This document shows, piece after piece, positions 52,644 through 63,402 of a DNA stretch of 64,000 bases; position 1 is the first letter of the stretch, and each line of letters starts with the position of its first letter. The stretch covers positions 960,001 to 1,024,000 of the forward strand of contig CAVZRV010000007.1 in NCBI GenBank assembly GCA_963777605.1, read 5' to 3'. Under the pieces are notes generated by a model, which saw only the letters and a program-made list of their open reading frames with translations, had not been told where the DNA came from and ran no database searches. The position numbers and the translations under genes were made by a program. The stretch is from an uncultured Acidobacteriota bacterium. GTDB taxonomy: Bacteria; Acidobacteriota; UBA6911; RPQK01; JAPXNP01.

Positions 52644-53399
52644 GTGAAGCATCCTTTCCAATGGGTCGTCGTCCTTTTGCTGGTACTTCTCGCGCCGAGC
52701 ATTTTGCGAGGCATGGAAGACCGGCCTGCAATCGATTCAGGGTCGGTACCGGACTTCACTTTTGTTCGCCTGATCTATTCAGGGGGCAACTGGAGAGGAT
52801 CGAATTGGGCGACCGACTACCCGAAGGCGGACCATCAACTCCTTTATGCGATCCGAAAGTTAACCGACCTCTCGTTCATCAATCCTGAGGCCAAGGCGAT
52901 GCCTCTCAGTTCCGAGGAACTGTTCGAATACCCTTTCCTGTATGCAGTCGAAGTGGGGTACATGCACTTGAGCGACGAAGAAGCCGCCCGCCTGCGGGAG
53001 TACCTGCTTCGGGGTGGTTTCCTGATGGTGGACGACTTTCATGGTGAGTACGAGTGGCAGAACTTCTACCACGAAATCAAGAAGGCGCTGCCGGAATACG
53101 AACCTGAAGATCTCCCCATCGAACACCCCGTCTTCCACTGCTACTTCGAAATCAACAAGGTCTTTCAGGTCCCTGGCCTGCAGTTCCTCTACACGGGACG
53201 CACTTGGGAAAAAGGAGGCCGGGTGGCGCACTATCGTGGTATCCACGACGATAACGGACGTCTGATGGTGATGATCAACCACAACGTTGACTTCGGAGAC
53301 GCCTGGGAGTGGGCCGAGGTCGAGATGTACCCGCGTCGTTATGCCCACCTCGCATTTCAACTCAGCGTCAACTACATCGTCTATTCGATGACCCACTGA
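52644..53399 (+). CDS. DUF4159-family protein
   Basis: WATDYP, YPFLYAVE, GGFLMVDDF, DFGDAWEW, NYIVYSMTH; signal peptide from GTG 52644. Confidence 0.8.
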   Translation: MKHPFQWVVVLLLVLLAPSILRGMEDRPAIDSGSVPDFTFVRLIYSGGNWRGSNWATDYPKADHQLLYAIRKLTDLSFINPEAKAMPLSSEELFEYPFLYAVEVGYMHLSDEEAARLREYLLRGGFLMVDDFHGEYEWQNFYHEIKKALPEYEPEDLPIEHPVFHCYFEINKVFQVPGLQFLYTGRTWEKGGRVAHYRGIHDDNGRLMVMINHNVDFGDAWEWAEVEMYPRRYAHLAFQLSVNYIVYSMTH

Positions 53400-53457
53400 A
53401 TTGCCGGCGGCGTTTCTCCGGATTGTGACCGCGAGACCACGCGCGCGGCCGCGAACT

Positions 53458-54670
53458 TCAATCTCCGTTTGAGCGAAGTTGCTCGAGGAGGCGCGATGCT
53501 TCCCGGGCAGCCCCATCATAATCAGGAAGCGAGAGCACCGCCCGATAGTGAGCGGCGGCGGCTTCGGTTCGGCCCAGCCGGGACAGGGTACGGCCCAGTT
53601 CGAGGTGTCCCGTTACCCGGTCCGCGTCGGAAGCGTCCGGACTCGCCAGGGCTGCCTCAAAGTAGCTGCAGGCAAGATCGGGTTGGCCGCTGTCCCGAAG
53701 CTTGAGCGCCAGCTGGTTGTTGAACCGGGCCTGGCGGAGGGCCTGATAGTTGGGCGCTTGTAAAGCCGCCAGCTGAGAAATTCGACGATAGACGTCCAGG
53801 GACTCGGTTTGGCGACCCATACGCTCCAGGATTTGGGCCTGGTTGACGTGAAAGATGTAATTCTCGGGGTACTTGGCGTGGAGCTGTTCTGCCAGGCGGA
53901 GCCCGTCCCGATAGCGCTTCTCACGGACAAAAAGGACCATCTGAAGGACCCGGCTGTCGTCGGAGACGAACTCTCCATTTTGAGCCGCAAGGTTCAGGTA
54001 CTCGAAGCCTCGCTCTTCACTTCCCCGGTAGCCGAAGAAAGTGGTGAACCACTTGATGTACCAGGGGAGGTTGGCAACGATGTATTCGTACAGTCCGGCA
54101 CTCATGTAGGCGTCGTAGAAGTCCGGGGCCCGTTCCAGAATTTGGGAGTGATAGCGATAGGCCCGTTTTCCAAATGTGAATGCGCTGCCGACACTGTGTT
54201 CGACCGTGAATGCATACGATCCCTCGACGCCCTCGACGGCTCCCAGGAAATAAAGGGCTTCCAGATCGTAGGGGTTCTTCTCCAACAGGGCAGTGCAAAG
54301 CTGGCGCGCCTTCTGAATGTTCTCCTGGTAGCGTTGGCGGATTCCGCTGGGAACATCGACCGCCCTGGCGTCGGCAAAGTATCCGGGAGAAACAAACTTC
54401 TCCAAATCGAGGTCGAGGTGATCGAAGAGGAACTTGAAGCCAGGAGGTCGCGGCCAAATAGAGCGGAGGGGCGGGGTGTTCCGGATATTCCTCGGCAAGG
54501 CGGGTGAAGACCTCGTCTGCTGCGGCATAGTCCAGGCGGTATATGTCATCAAAGCCCGGACGGGCCTCGCGCATGAACTCGGGAGAACGCAGGTCGCCTG
54601 CATTGAGGATAGCCGTCCCAAATACCAGGGGAAGGACCAAGGAATGGACCAGCCGAAAGAGGGGATTCAT
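53458..54670 (-). CDS. Exported TPR protein, apparent +1 frameshift near 54430-54445
   Basis: N-part (signal, YPEHPAP) in ORF 54017..54760; C-part (PDFYDAY..G.YEY) in ORF 53458..54621. Confidence 0.7.
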
Positions 54671-54749
54671 AAGCGCCTGGCACCTCAGCGCGATGGCTCG
54701 CAGCGTCGGGCCAGCCCTGCAACCCGGCGCGTGGATCAACCGCACTTCA

Positions 54750-55466
54750 TCACAATCCACCCCAGTAGAACATCACGCCCGTGCTGATTTGCCAATTGTG
54801 CAGTAACCCTTCAGCGTTGAATCCAGGCCCCACGTTTCCCTGGAAGGAAGGAGAGTTCTTGGGGAGCCCATATCCGGGTACACCCGTGATTTGATCGCGA
54901 AGGTCAAACCGAACACCCCAGCGCTGGCCGACAAGATACTTGAGTCCTCCGCCAACAGAGGCCGCCAGCTTCCAGACATTCTGAAGGTCAACTCCTGCCC
55001 TGGCGGCGTCGGCGCGAGACGCTCCGTCAACCTGAAAAAAGGCGGCACCCAAACCTGCGGAGACATAGGGACGAAGCTGCTGGTCAGAAATAGTGGGATA
55101 AAAGAGCAGGTTGTAGACGGCGCTGTGGACTTGATGTTTCAGGTCAAGCCTGGACAGTGTTGGGCGCACGTCCAAAAACGCCATGGGCTGGTTTGAGAAG
55201 CTATATTCCAGTTCGGCGCCGAAGTTGTCGTTCAGGTTCTCCGTGATTCTTCCGCCAGCCATGTAACCGGACGAAAAATCAAGGGTTACGAGTCGAGTCG
55301 CATCTTGGCCGTCCACCGGAGTGACACTCGTCTTGTCTCCGACCGAGCTGAGCCCGAACAGAAGGGAGAGTTCCCACTTGTCCTTGTTTTCGTACTGGGT
55401 CTGTGCGCTGAGCGCCGGGGCGCTGAGAACCACAACCGCTACTGCCAGAATGATCTTCCTTAACAT
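54750..55466 (-). CDS. Outer-membrane beta-barrel protein
   Basis: Signal peptide; alternating beta-strands, RPYVSAGLG, GGGLKY; aromatic C-terminus. Confidence 0.8.
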   Translation of the reverse strand: MLRKIILAVAVVVLSAPALSAQTQYENKDKWELSLLFGLSSVGDKTSVTPVDGQDATRLVTLDFSSGYMAGGRITENLNDNFGAELEYSFSNQPMAFLDVRPTLSRLDLKHQVHSAVYNLLFYPTISDQQLRPYVSAGLGAAFFQVDGASRADAARAGVDLQNVWKLAASVGGGLKYLVGQRWGVRFDLRDQITGVPGYGLPKNSPSFQGNVGPGFNAEGLLHNWQISTGVMFYWGGL

Positions 55467-55573
55467 CGTGTACTCCCGCAGGCTTCTATGAGGCACTAAT
55501 ACTATACTCAAGATGCGAAAAGAGCTGCAAAGACTACAAGAGAGTCGCCGCGTGCAGCCGCTTCGAGAATTCG

Positions 55574-55604
55574 ATACACTAGTTTTCTTATCGGTTTAGT
55601 GTAT
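55574..55604. promoter_or_regulatory. Inverted-repeat operator candidate upstream of cysD
   Basis: ATACACTA-N15-TAGTGTAT in an AT-rich divergent intergenic region. Confidence 0.5.
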
Positions 55605-55642
55605 ATAGACTCAGAACTACTCTTTCGTATAGAAGAAAACCA

Positions 55643-56548
55643 ATGGAACAGTACAGTCTGACCAACCTGCAGCAGCTGGAGGCGGAGAGTATCTTCATCA
55701 TCCGGGAGGTCGTTGCGGAATTCGAGAACCCGGTGATGCTCTACTCCGTCGGGAAAGATTCCTCCGTGATGGTTCACCTGGCTCGAAAGGCCTTTCGCCC
55801 CGGCAAAATTCCCTTCCCGCTCCTCCATATCGATACTTCCATGAAGTTCCCGGAAATGTACGAATTCCGTGATCGGTTTTGTCGGGAGATAGGTGCCGAC
55901 TTGATCGTACACACGAACCGGCCCGCCCTGGACGCGGGGGCCAGTCCCTATGCACTGGGGACGCAGCGTTGCTGCGGCCTGCTCAAGACCCAGGCCCTTC
56001 TCGATGCGCTCCGGGCCGGCCAGTACGACGCGGCGTTCGGCGGTGCCCGGCGTGAGGAGGAAAAGAGCAGGGCAAAGGAGCGAGTGCTTTCGTTTCGGGA
56101 CGCATTCGGCCAGTGGGACCCCAAGAACCAGCGCCCTGAACTGTGGGAACTCTACAACACAAGGGTCAACCAGGGAGAGACGATTCGGGCCTTTCCGCTT
56201 TCGAATTGGACTGAACTCGATATCTGGCATTACGTGCACCAGGAAGAGATCCCCGTCGTACCGCTCTATTTCGCCCAGGAAAGAGACGTTATTGAGCGGG
56301 CCGGCCAGTTGATCCCAATCTACGAGAAGACCATGGTGCGAGCCGAGGACGAGGTCAAGCGCTTGCGTTGCCGCTTCCGAACTCTTGGTTGTTACCCCTG
56401 CACGGGGGCCGTGGCCAGCGAGGCGACGACGGTGGAGGAGATCATCGAAGAGATGATGATTGCACGGCAGTCAGAACGGGTTTCGCGAGTGATCGATCAC
56501 GACGCTGAGGGTTCAATGGAGATGAAGAAACGGGAGGGCTACTTCTGA
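55643..56548 (+). CDS. cysD: Sulfate adenylyltransferase subunit 2
   Basis: [45 protein letters not shown]. Confidence 0.96.
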   Translation: MEQYSLTNLQQLEAESIFIIREVVAEFENPVMLYSVGKDSSVMVHLARKAFRPGKIPFPLLHIDTSMKFPEMYEFRDRFCREIGADLIVHTNRPALDAGASPYALGTQRCCGLLKTQALLDALRAGQYDAAFGGARREEEKSRAKERVLSFRDAFGQWDPKNQRPELWELYNTRVNQGETIRAFPLSNWTELDIWHYVHQEEIPVVPLYFAQERDVIERAGQLIPIYEKTMVRAEDEVKRLRCRFRTLGCYPCTGAVASEATTVEEIIEEMMIARQSERVSRVIDHDAEGSMEMKKREGYF

Positions 56549-58464
56549 TGCAGGTAGAAGAACTACTGCGCCGAAACCGCGAATCCAGCCTTCTCCGTTT
56601 CGTGACCATCGGAAGCGTTGACGACGGCAAGAGCACCTTGATTGGTCGCCTGCTCTACGAATCCAAGAGTATTTACGAGGACCAACTCCAGTCCCTGGAA
56701 CGGGCCTCGTCCCGCCTGGGCCGCGGGCAGGTCGATCTGGCTTTCTTGACCGACGGACTCAAGTCGGAGCGGGAGCAGGGGATCACCATTGACGTTGCTT
56801 ACCGTTACTTTTCAACGCCGCGGAGGCGCTTTATTGTTGCCGATTGCCCGGGGCACGAGCAGTACACGCGGAACATGGTCACGGGAGCGTCAACCGCAAG
56901 CCTGGCGGTCCTCCTGATCGACGCCTCGCTCGGAGTGCTGACCCAGTCCAAGCGGCACGCATTCATTGCCTCGCTCCTGGGAATCCCGCATATCGTCGTC
57001 TGCGTCAACAAGATGGACCTCGTTGACTGGGACCGCGAAGTCTACGAGGGGATCAAGACCCAGTACCAGGATTTTGCCGCCCGGCTTGAAATCAAGGACC
57101 TGACTTTTATTCCAGTCAGCGCACTGGATGGGGAGAATGTCACTTCCCTGGGATCCCGAATGCCCTGGTATCACGGGCCTTCGCTCCTCGAGCACCTGGA
57201 GACCGTCTTCACGGGTAGCGACCGCAACCTGGTCGATCTGCGGATGCCGGTCCAGTACGTCCTGCGGCAGAGTGCCGACTTTCGAGGCTACTGCGGCCGA
57301 ATCGCTTCGGGGATCCTCCGTGTCGGGGACGAAGTGCGCCTTCTTCCCTCCGGACGGAGCAGTCGAATCAAGTCGATTGTCGGACCCGACGGCGAACTGA
57401 GTTACGCCTTCCCCCCGCAGTCGGTTACGGTCAGCCTGGAGGACGAAATCGACGTGAGCCGTGGGACCGTCCTGGCGCACCCGCAAAATCTGCCCGTCGT
57501 CGGCCGGGAACTGGAGGCGATCCTGGTGTGGATGTCCGAGGAGCCCTTCAAACCGGGCAAGCCATACATTATCAAGCACTGCGCGCGACAGATTCGCGGC
57601 CAGTTTACCCGGCTCAACTACCGGATCGAACCCGAAGAACTCCACCGGGGACCGGCCGAGTCGCTGGGTTTGAACGAAATCGGGCGAGTGGAACTTGAAC
57701 TCTATCAGCCGATCGCCTTTGACGAGTACTCGAGAAATCGAACTACCGGCAGCTTTATCGTGATTGACCCGGTTGGCAACGGAACCGTCGGAGCCGGAGT
57801 AATCATCACCCGATTCAAGGGGAGAGGCTCCGCCGCCCGATCGGGAGCCCTGGCGTCCCCCGCAAGCCGGAATATTACACCGCACCGGGGACTGGTTCCG
57901 CCGGAGAGGAGGCACCAGTTACTCGGGCAGCGGCCGGTGACGCTCTGGTTTACAGGCTTGAGTAGTTCCGGCAAGAGCACGATTGCACTCAACCTTGAAA
58001 AACGGCTTATTCACGACGGGCATGCGGCCTATGTTCTCGACGGCGACAATATCCGGGTCGGGCTGAACCGGGACCTGGGTTTTTCGGCTTCGGACCGAAC
58101 CGAGAACATCCGAAGGATTTCCGAAGTCGCCGCTTTGTTCAACGAGTCGGGGATGATCGTTCTGACCGCCTTCATTTCTCCCTATCGGGAGGATCGTTCC
58201 AGCGCCCGGGAAATCGTCGGAGACGCCAACTTTGTCGAGGTCTTTGTCGATGCCCCCGTCGAAGTCTGCGAAGCCCGGGACCCGAAGGGGCTCTATCGCC
58301 GCGCCCGGAGCGGGGAAATCGCGGAATTTACCGGAGTGTCCGCTCCTTACGAGGCGCCGGAGGCTCCCCAGATCCATCTGAAGACGGCCAGTCAGAGTGT
58401 GGAGGAGTGTGTCGAAGAAATCCTCCGGCACCTGAGGGGAAAAGGCTTTCTCGCGAACGGCTAG
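56548..58464 (+). CDS. cysNC: Bifunctional sulfate adenylyltransferase subunit 1 / APS kinase
   Basis: GSVDDGKST, EREQGITID, DCPGH, NKMD; C-terminal TGLSSSGKST, LDGDNIR, RDPKGLY. Confidence 0.96.
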   Translation: MQVEELLRRNRESSLLRFVTIGSVDDGKSTLIGRLLYESKSIYEDQLQSLERASSRLGRGQVDLAFLTDGLKSEREQGITIDVAYRYFSTPRRRFIVADCPGHEQYTRNMVTGASTASLAVLLIDASLGVLTQSKRHAFIASLLGIPHIVVCVNKMDLVDWDREVYEGIKTQYQDFAARLEIKDLTFIPVSALDGENVTSLGSRMPWYHGPSLLEHLETVFTGSDRNLVDLRMPVQYVLRQSADFRGYCGRIASGILRVGDEVRLLPSGRSSRIKSIVGPDGELSYAFPPQSVTVSLEDEIDVSRGTVLAHPQNLPVVGRELEAILVWMSEEPFKPGKPYIIKHCARQIRGQFTRLNYRIEPEELHRGPAESLGLNEIGRVELELYQPIAFDEYSRNRTTGSFIVIDPVGNGTVGAGVIITRFKGRGSAARSGALASPASRNITPHRGLVPPERRHQLLGQRPVTLWFTGLSSSGKSTIALNLEKRLIHDGHAAYVLDGDNIRVGLNRDLGFSASDRTENIRRISEVAALFNESGMIVLTAFISPYREDRSSAREIVGDANFVEVFVDAPVEVCEARDPKGLYRRARSGEIAEFTGVSAPYEAPEAPQIHLKTASQSVEECVEEILRHLRGKGFLANG

Positions 58465-58684
58465 GGCTGGTCGGCAACAATGAGGCACGCCACCTTCCGG
58501 GGGACCTTCCAGGTTCCACCGATTGCCTGGTGGGAACGATTCTCTTGACACTGTTGGATTCCCGCGCACACACTGGGCGGGAGAAGAACAGCAAAATGGT
58601 TTCCCTTCCTCGCCGAGAGGCTCGTCCGGGTATTGCCATCAGCCGGCGGCCTTTCATCGGGGTGATCCTGAGGAGGTGACCACC

Positions 58685-59746
58685 ATGCGCTCAACGACTT
58701 GGCGTTGTGTCCGATCTGTCGCAATTGCCCTGGGCCTCATGCTGTCCGCCTGGCTCCTCCTTTCCTGCGGGGGCTCAAACCGGAGAGAGGAGGCCTCGGC
58801 GACGCTCGTTCTAGGGGCCTACACCACCCCGCGAGAAGCGTACGGCAAGGCCATCATTCCAGCCTTTCAGGAGTTCTGGAAAGCGCGAACCAGCAAGTCG
58901 ATCCAGTTTCGAGAATCCTACCTGGGAAGCGGAGCACAATCGAGGGCCGTGGTCGGCGGATTTGAAGCGGACCTGGTCGCTCTGTCTCTGGAAGCGGATG
59001 TGGATCGGATCAGCGAGGCCGGGCTGATTCAACACGACTGGAAATCGGGTTCCAATAAAGGAATTGTCTCTACCTCGATCGTCGTACTGGCGGTTCGAAA
59101 GGGGAACCCTCGAGGAATCAGAGACTGGGCCGACCTCCGCCAGCCGGACCTGGCAGTCCTGACGCCCGACCCCAGGACCTCAGGAGGCGCGATGTGGAAC
59201 ATCTGCGGCCTTTTCGGCGCTGCTCGGAGGGGATTTGTAGAAGGGGTTCCAGCCGACGACCCGGGCGCCGCCGCGGATTTTCTCAAAGCCGTTTTCAGGA
59301 ACGTCTCCATCATGGACAAAGGGGCCAGGGAATCGATCACGAATTTTGAACGGGGTGTCGGTGATGTGGCCATTACTTACGAGAACGAAGTGCTGGTGGC
59401 ACGTCAGGCCGGGCAGGAGTACGACTACGTTATTCCACGCTCGACCATTCTGATCGAGAATCCGGCAGCGGTCATCGATACCTACGCGGACCGGCACGGA
59501 GTGCGGGATGTTGCAGAGGCCTTCCTGGAGTTCCTCTGGAGCCCGGAAGCACAGCGCGCCTACGCCGATTACGGACTTCGCCCGGTGGATCCCGAAATTG
59601 CGGCTGAAGTCAGTGCGCGCTACCCGGTCGTCGAGGACCTATGGGATGTGAGCTACCTGGGCGGATGGGAACAGGCTGTCCCGCTCCTGTTCGGTCCGGA
59701 CGGAATCTACACCCGCATGTACCTTGAGATGCACGGAGCCCAATGA
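58685..59746 (+). CDS. sbp: Sulfate ABC transporter substrate-binding lipoprotein
   Basis: GAGGAGGTG SD; lipobox LLSC; GSGAQSR, RKGNP, PRTSGGA, YENE. Confidence 0.93.
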   Translation: MRSTTWRCVRSVAIALGLMLSAWLLLSCGGSNRREEASATLVLGAYTTPREAYGKAIIPAFQEFWKARTSKSIQFRESYLGSGAQSRAVVGGFEADLVALSLEADVDRISEAGLIQHDWKSGSNKGIVSTSIVVLAVRKGNPRGIRDWADLRQPDLAVLTPDPRTSGGAMWNICGLFGAARRGFVEGVPADDPGAAADFLKAVFRNVSIMDKGARESITNFERGVGDVAITYENEVLVARQAGQEYDYVIPRSTILIENPAAVIDTYADRHGVRDVAEAFLEFLWSPEAQRAYADYGLRPVDPEIAAEVSARYPVVEDLWDVSYLGGWEQAVPLLFGPDGIYTRMYLEMHGAQ

Positions 59747-60615
59747 GCAATCCGGTCAGGCTGGGCGAACCGGTAGCGCCGTCGTCACAGGTTTCCACAC
59801 GAGTGCAGCCCTGGGGGAGATGGGGTCTGAGGGCTGCGGCGGTCAGTTACCTCGGTCTGATGATCGTTGTGCCGCTTGGCGCCGTCGTGGAGACCGGTCT
59901 GTCCGGAGGAGTGGGAGTCTTCCTGGGAGACCTGTCGAACCCCATCGCGTGGTCAGCCCTGAAACTCACCCTGATGGTGGCCGCCGCCACCACAGCCGTC
60001 AACACCGTTTTCGGAACCTTGACCGCCTACGTTCTTGTGCGGATCGAATTTCCCGGGCGGCGGTTCTTCAACGCGATCGTGGATCTGCCCTTTGCCGTGC
60101 CGACGCTCGTGACCGGCCTCATGCTGGTCGTCCTGTACGGACCCCAGGGATTGGCTGGAGCCTGGCTCGAGCAGCACGGAATTCAGCTGATCTTCGCCAA
60201 GCCGGGCATCGTTTTGGCCCTGCTGCTGGTGACCTATCCTTTTGTGATCCGGAGCGTCCAGCCGGGTCTGCTGGAACTGGAACGGGATCAGGAAGAGGCG
60301 GCGTACACCCTGGGAGCCTCGAAGTGGATTGCTTTCTGGAGGATTGTCCTGCCGACGATTCTTCCCGCGGTCTTGACCGGAGCTCTCTTGACCTTTTCTC
60401 GAGCGCTGGGCGAGTTCGGATCGGTGGTCATCGTGGCGGGGAACATTCCGGGCCAGACCCTGACGGCTCCGGTGCATATCTACGGGCAAATCGAGTTTGA
60501 CAACCAGCGGGCTGCCAGTGCCATGTCTATCCTGATTCTGGCACTCTCGTTCAGCCTCATCGTGGTCGTGGACTGGATGCAGCGAAAGAGGGATATCCGA
60601 CATGGCCGGTCGTGA
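59743..60615 (+). CDS. cysT: Sulfate ABC permease CysT
   Basis: VDLPFAVPT, RSVQP, EEAA, RALGEFGSV, AGNIP. Confidence 0.92.
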   Translation: MSNPVRLGEPVAPSSQVSTRVQPWGRWGLRAAAVSYLGLMIVVPLGAVVETGLSGGVGVFLGDLSNPIAWSALKLTLMVAAATTAVNTVFGTLTAYVLVRIEFPGRRFFNAIVDLPFAVPTLVTGLMLVVLYGPQGLAGAWLEQHGIQLIFAKPGIVLALLLVTYPFVIRSVQPGLLELERDQEEAAYTLGASKWIAFWRIVLPTILPAVLTGALLTFSRALGEFGSVVIVAGNIPGQTLTAPVHIYGQIEFDNQRAASAMSILILALSFSLIVVVDWMQRKRDIRHGRS

Positions 60616-61462
60616 CGGGCGCCCCATTGACGCTCCGCAGGGCGGGCGGGCCTTGCGAAAGAACCGCTTATGGGAGTGGTGCCTGGTGCTTCTGGTTGCG
60701 GGCTACGCTGGAGTGCTCCTCCTGGGACCCATGACCGCAGTGATCTTCGGTGCTCTGCGCGAGGGACTCGGGGTCTTCTGGGCCCAGGTCACCAATCCGG
60801 AGGCCGTCAATGCCATTCGGCTCTCGTTGCTCCTGGGTTTGGGGGCAACGGTGCTGAACACCGTTTTCGGGCTTGGAATCGCCTGGGTTCTGGTCCGGGA
60901 TAACTTTCCTGGAAGACGCTATCTCAATGGGCTGGTCGATCTCCCGTTTGCCGTTTCTCCGGTGATCGCCGGTTTGATGTTGATTCTTCTCTTTGGACGA
61001 GACGGGTGGTTCAGTCCCTGGACGGAAGCAATCGGACTGAAGCTGGTCTTTGCCTGGCCCGGTATGTTACTGGCCACGACCTTTGTCAGCCTTCCCTTCG
61101 TCGTTCGAGAAGTCATGCCGGTCCTGAACCAGATTGGGGTCGAGCAGGAACTGGCTGCCTATACGATGGGGGCGAGCTCGTGGAGGACCTTCTGGTCGGT
61201 GACCTTTCCGTCCCTTCGATGGGGACTGCTCTACGGGATTTCGCTCACGTTGGCGCGGTCGTTCGGAGAATTCGGGGCCGTTCTCGTGGTCAGCGGTGGC
61301 GTGAGCGGACTGACGGAGACCTCGACGCTCTACATTTTCCGTTCACTGGATGACCGGAACTATGTCGGGGCCTACGCGATTGCGTTGCTGCTGGCGATGA
61401 TTTCGTTCGGGATCCTGATCGGAATGGAATTTCTAAAGCGCTCGAGAGAAAAGGCGGATTAA
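60602..61462 (+). CDS. cysW: Sulfate ABC permease CysW
   Basis: DLPFAVSPV, PFVVRE, ARSFGEFGAV. Confidence 0.92.
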   Translation: MAGRDGRPIDAPQGGRALRKNRLWEWCLVLLVAGYAGVLLLGPMTAVIFGALREGLGVFWAQVTNPEAVNAIRLSLLLGLGATVLNTVFGLGIAWVLVRDNFPGRRYLNGLVDLPFAVSPVIAGLMLILLFGRDGWFSPWTEAIGLKLVFAWPGMLLATTFVSLPFVVREVMPVLNQIGVEQELAAYTMGASSWRTFWSVTFPSLRWGLLYGISLTLARSFGEFGAVLVVSGGVSGLTETSTLYIFRSLDDRNYVGAYAIALLLAMISFGILIGMEFLKRSREKAD

Positions 61463-61497
61463 CGGCCGGGCCAGGAGCCCGCCTGCAGGGACACGGT

Positions 61498-63402
61498 ATG
61501 TCAATTGTTCTCGATCACATCAGCAAGAGTTTCGGAGGCCATGTCATCGTGGACGATTTCAGTCTCGAAATCGCCGATGGAGAGTTCTTCGTCCTCCTGG
61601 GAGCAAGCGGCAGCGGAAAGAGCACAATACTCAGGATCATCGCGGGCCTGACACCGGCAGATCGCGGAAGGGTCCTGCTCCACGATCGTGACGTCACCTT
61701 GCTGACACCCCAGGAGAGAGATATCGGGCTGGTCTTCCAGAACTATTCGATCTTCCGGCACATGACGGTCGCCGAGAACATTGAATTCGGACTCAAGCTG
61801 AGAAAGAGTTCCAAGGCGGAACGAACCCGCCGCAGGCAGGAGCTGCTCGATCTCGTCGGCCTCTCCGGGTTGGGCGACCGGTTGCCGAGCCAGTTGTCGG
61901 GGGGCCAGCAGCAGAGGGTCGCGCTGGCCCGAGCCCTGGCCTACCAGCCCAAGGTTCTGTTGCTCGACGAGCCATTCGGCGCCCTCGACGTCAAGATCCG
62001 GAGCCAACTCCGGCGTAACCTCAAACAGATTCAGCAGAAACTCCGGGTCACGACGATCATGGTGACCCACGACCAGGAGGAGGCTTTCGAACTGGCGGAT
62101 CGAATCGGGGTTATCGAGAAGGGGCGCCTTCTTGAACTCGGGCCGGGAGAGGAGCTTTACCTGCGTCCCCGGACCTCCTTTGTCGCAACCTTTCTCGGTG
62201 GCGGCACCGTGGTGGTGGGAAAAATCCGTGAGGGAAAGGCTCACTTCGGGCGCCTCGTGTTACCCCTGACTGCAGAGATGGCACCGGACGAGAACACGCG
62301 GGTTCAGCTCCTGATCCGACCCGAGCAGGTCGCACTTTTCGAGCAACCTCCGCCGGCAAGTGAAATCTGCCTGGGACGGGCGGAACTGATCGAAGAGTCC
62401 TTCACCGGGTCGACGCGGAAGCTCCGGCTCCGGCTCCCCAGGCTGAGAGGGACTCGGCAGATCTCCCCTCCCCCCCCGTTTGGGGAGGATGGGCTGCTCG
62501 TGGACGCCCTTCAGGGAGCCTCCGATGTGGGAGTCGGGGCTACCCCGTACGCTATCGTCAAGGGATTTCATGTCCTTAAGGCGCCCCCCTTGCGGGTGCT
62601 CGTCGTGGCCCCTCCCGGACAGAGTTGTACCCAGGCTCCTCCCTTCGTCCGGTGGACAATCGAGAAGCTGGAAGGGACCGGCACTTGTCTCTCGACGGGC
62701 AGACCGGATGCCGCAACCGAGTCGGAACCGCCGGCGACAGGATCGGAGCAGCAAGCTGGTGGAGAAATGGAAACCACTTCCCGAAAGGGCGGTCACTTGG
62801 AGGGAGTTCTCGCGGAACTGGAGCACTCCCTATACGACATCGTGGTTCTGGTCGTCCCGGACCGAGGCGGATCGAAGACCCTGCCCGGTGAGACGCTGGA
62901 GCTGATCGATTGCCTGCTGCGAATGGGAGAGTTCCCAATCCTGGTGGTAAACGGGGAGTTCACCCGGATCCGTCGGATGATGATCTGCACGCGGGGCGGA
63001 GAGCCGGGCAAGCACGACGTGATGGGCGGGGGAAGGCTGGCCCGGCGGCTTGCGGTTCCGGTCGAGTTGCTGCACATTACGACTCCCGAGTCCCCGTCCA
63101 GTGACCTCTCCCGGGCTCACCTCGATCGCGCAGCGGCGACCCTGCGCTCGTTGGACCTCGAAGTTTCCCTGCGTTTCCGTGAAGCTGACTCGGCCGCTCC
63201 TGCGATTCTCGAGGAAGCGCATCGTTCCGAAAGCGACTTGATCGTGGTTGGCGGACATCTGCCCAGAAGCCGGTTCTTCCCGGGCGAGGACGTGACTCGA
63301 CAGGTGATCCGGGGGGCGGACCGGCCGGTTCTGGTGATCCCGGTGGAGGAAAGGCGGGTAGGAATCCCGGACTCGAGGACCGGGACTCCATCGCAGTTGT
63401 AA
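61498..63402 (+). CDS. cysA: Sulfate ABC ATPase CysA fused to C-terminal universal stress protein domain(s)
   Basis: GASGSGKS, LSGGQQQR, DEPFGALD, THDQEEA; C-terminal DLIVVG...G...RQVIR.ADRPVLVIP. Confidence 0.9.
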   Translation: MSIVLDHISKSFGGHVIVDDFSLEIADGEFFVLLGASGSGKSTILRIIAGLTPADRGRVLLHDRDVTLLTPQERDIGLVFQNYSIFRHMTVAENIEFGLKLRKSSKAERTRRRQELLDLVGLSGLGDRLPSQLSGGQQQRVALARALAYQPKVLLLDEPFGALDVKIRSQLRRNLKQIQQKLRVTTIMVTHDQEEAFELADRIGVIEKGRLLELGPGEELYLRPRTSFVATFLGGGTVVVGKIREGKAHFGRLVLPLTAEMAPDENTRVQLLIRPEQVALFEQPPPASEICLGRAELIEESFTGSTRKLRLRLPRLRGTRQISPPPPFGEDGLLVDALQGASDVGVGATPYAIVKGFHVLKAPPLRVLVVAPPGQSCTQAPPFVRWTIEKLEGTGTCLSTGRPDAATESEPPATGSEQQAGGEMETTSRKGGHLEGVLAELEHSLYDIVVLVVPDRGGSKTLPGETLELIDCLLRMGEFPILVVNGEFTRIRRMMICTRGGEPGKHDVMGGGRLARRLAVPVELLHITTPESPSSDLSRAHLDRAAATLRSLDLEVSLRFREADSAAPAILEEAHRSESDLIVVGGHLPRSRFFPGEDVTRQVIRGADRPVLVIPVEERRVGIPDSRTGTPSQL

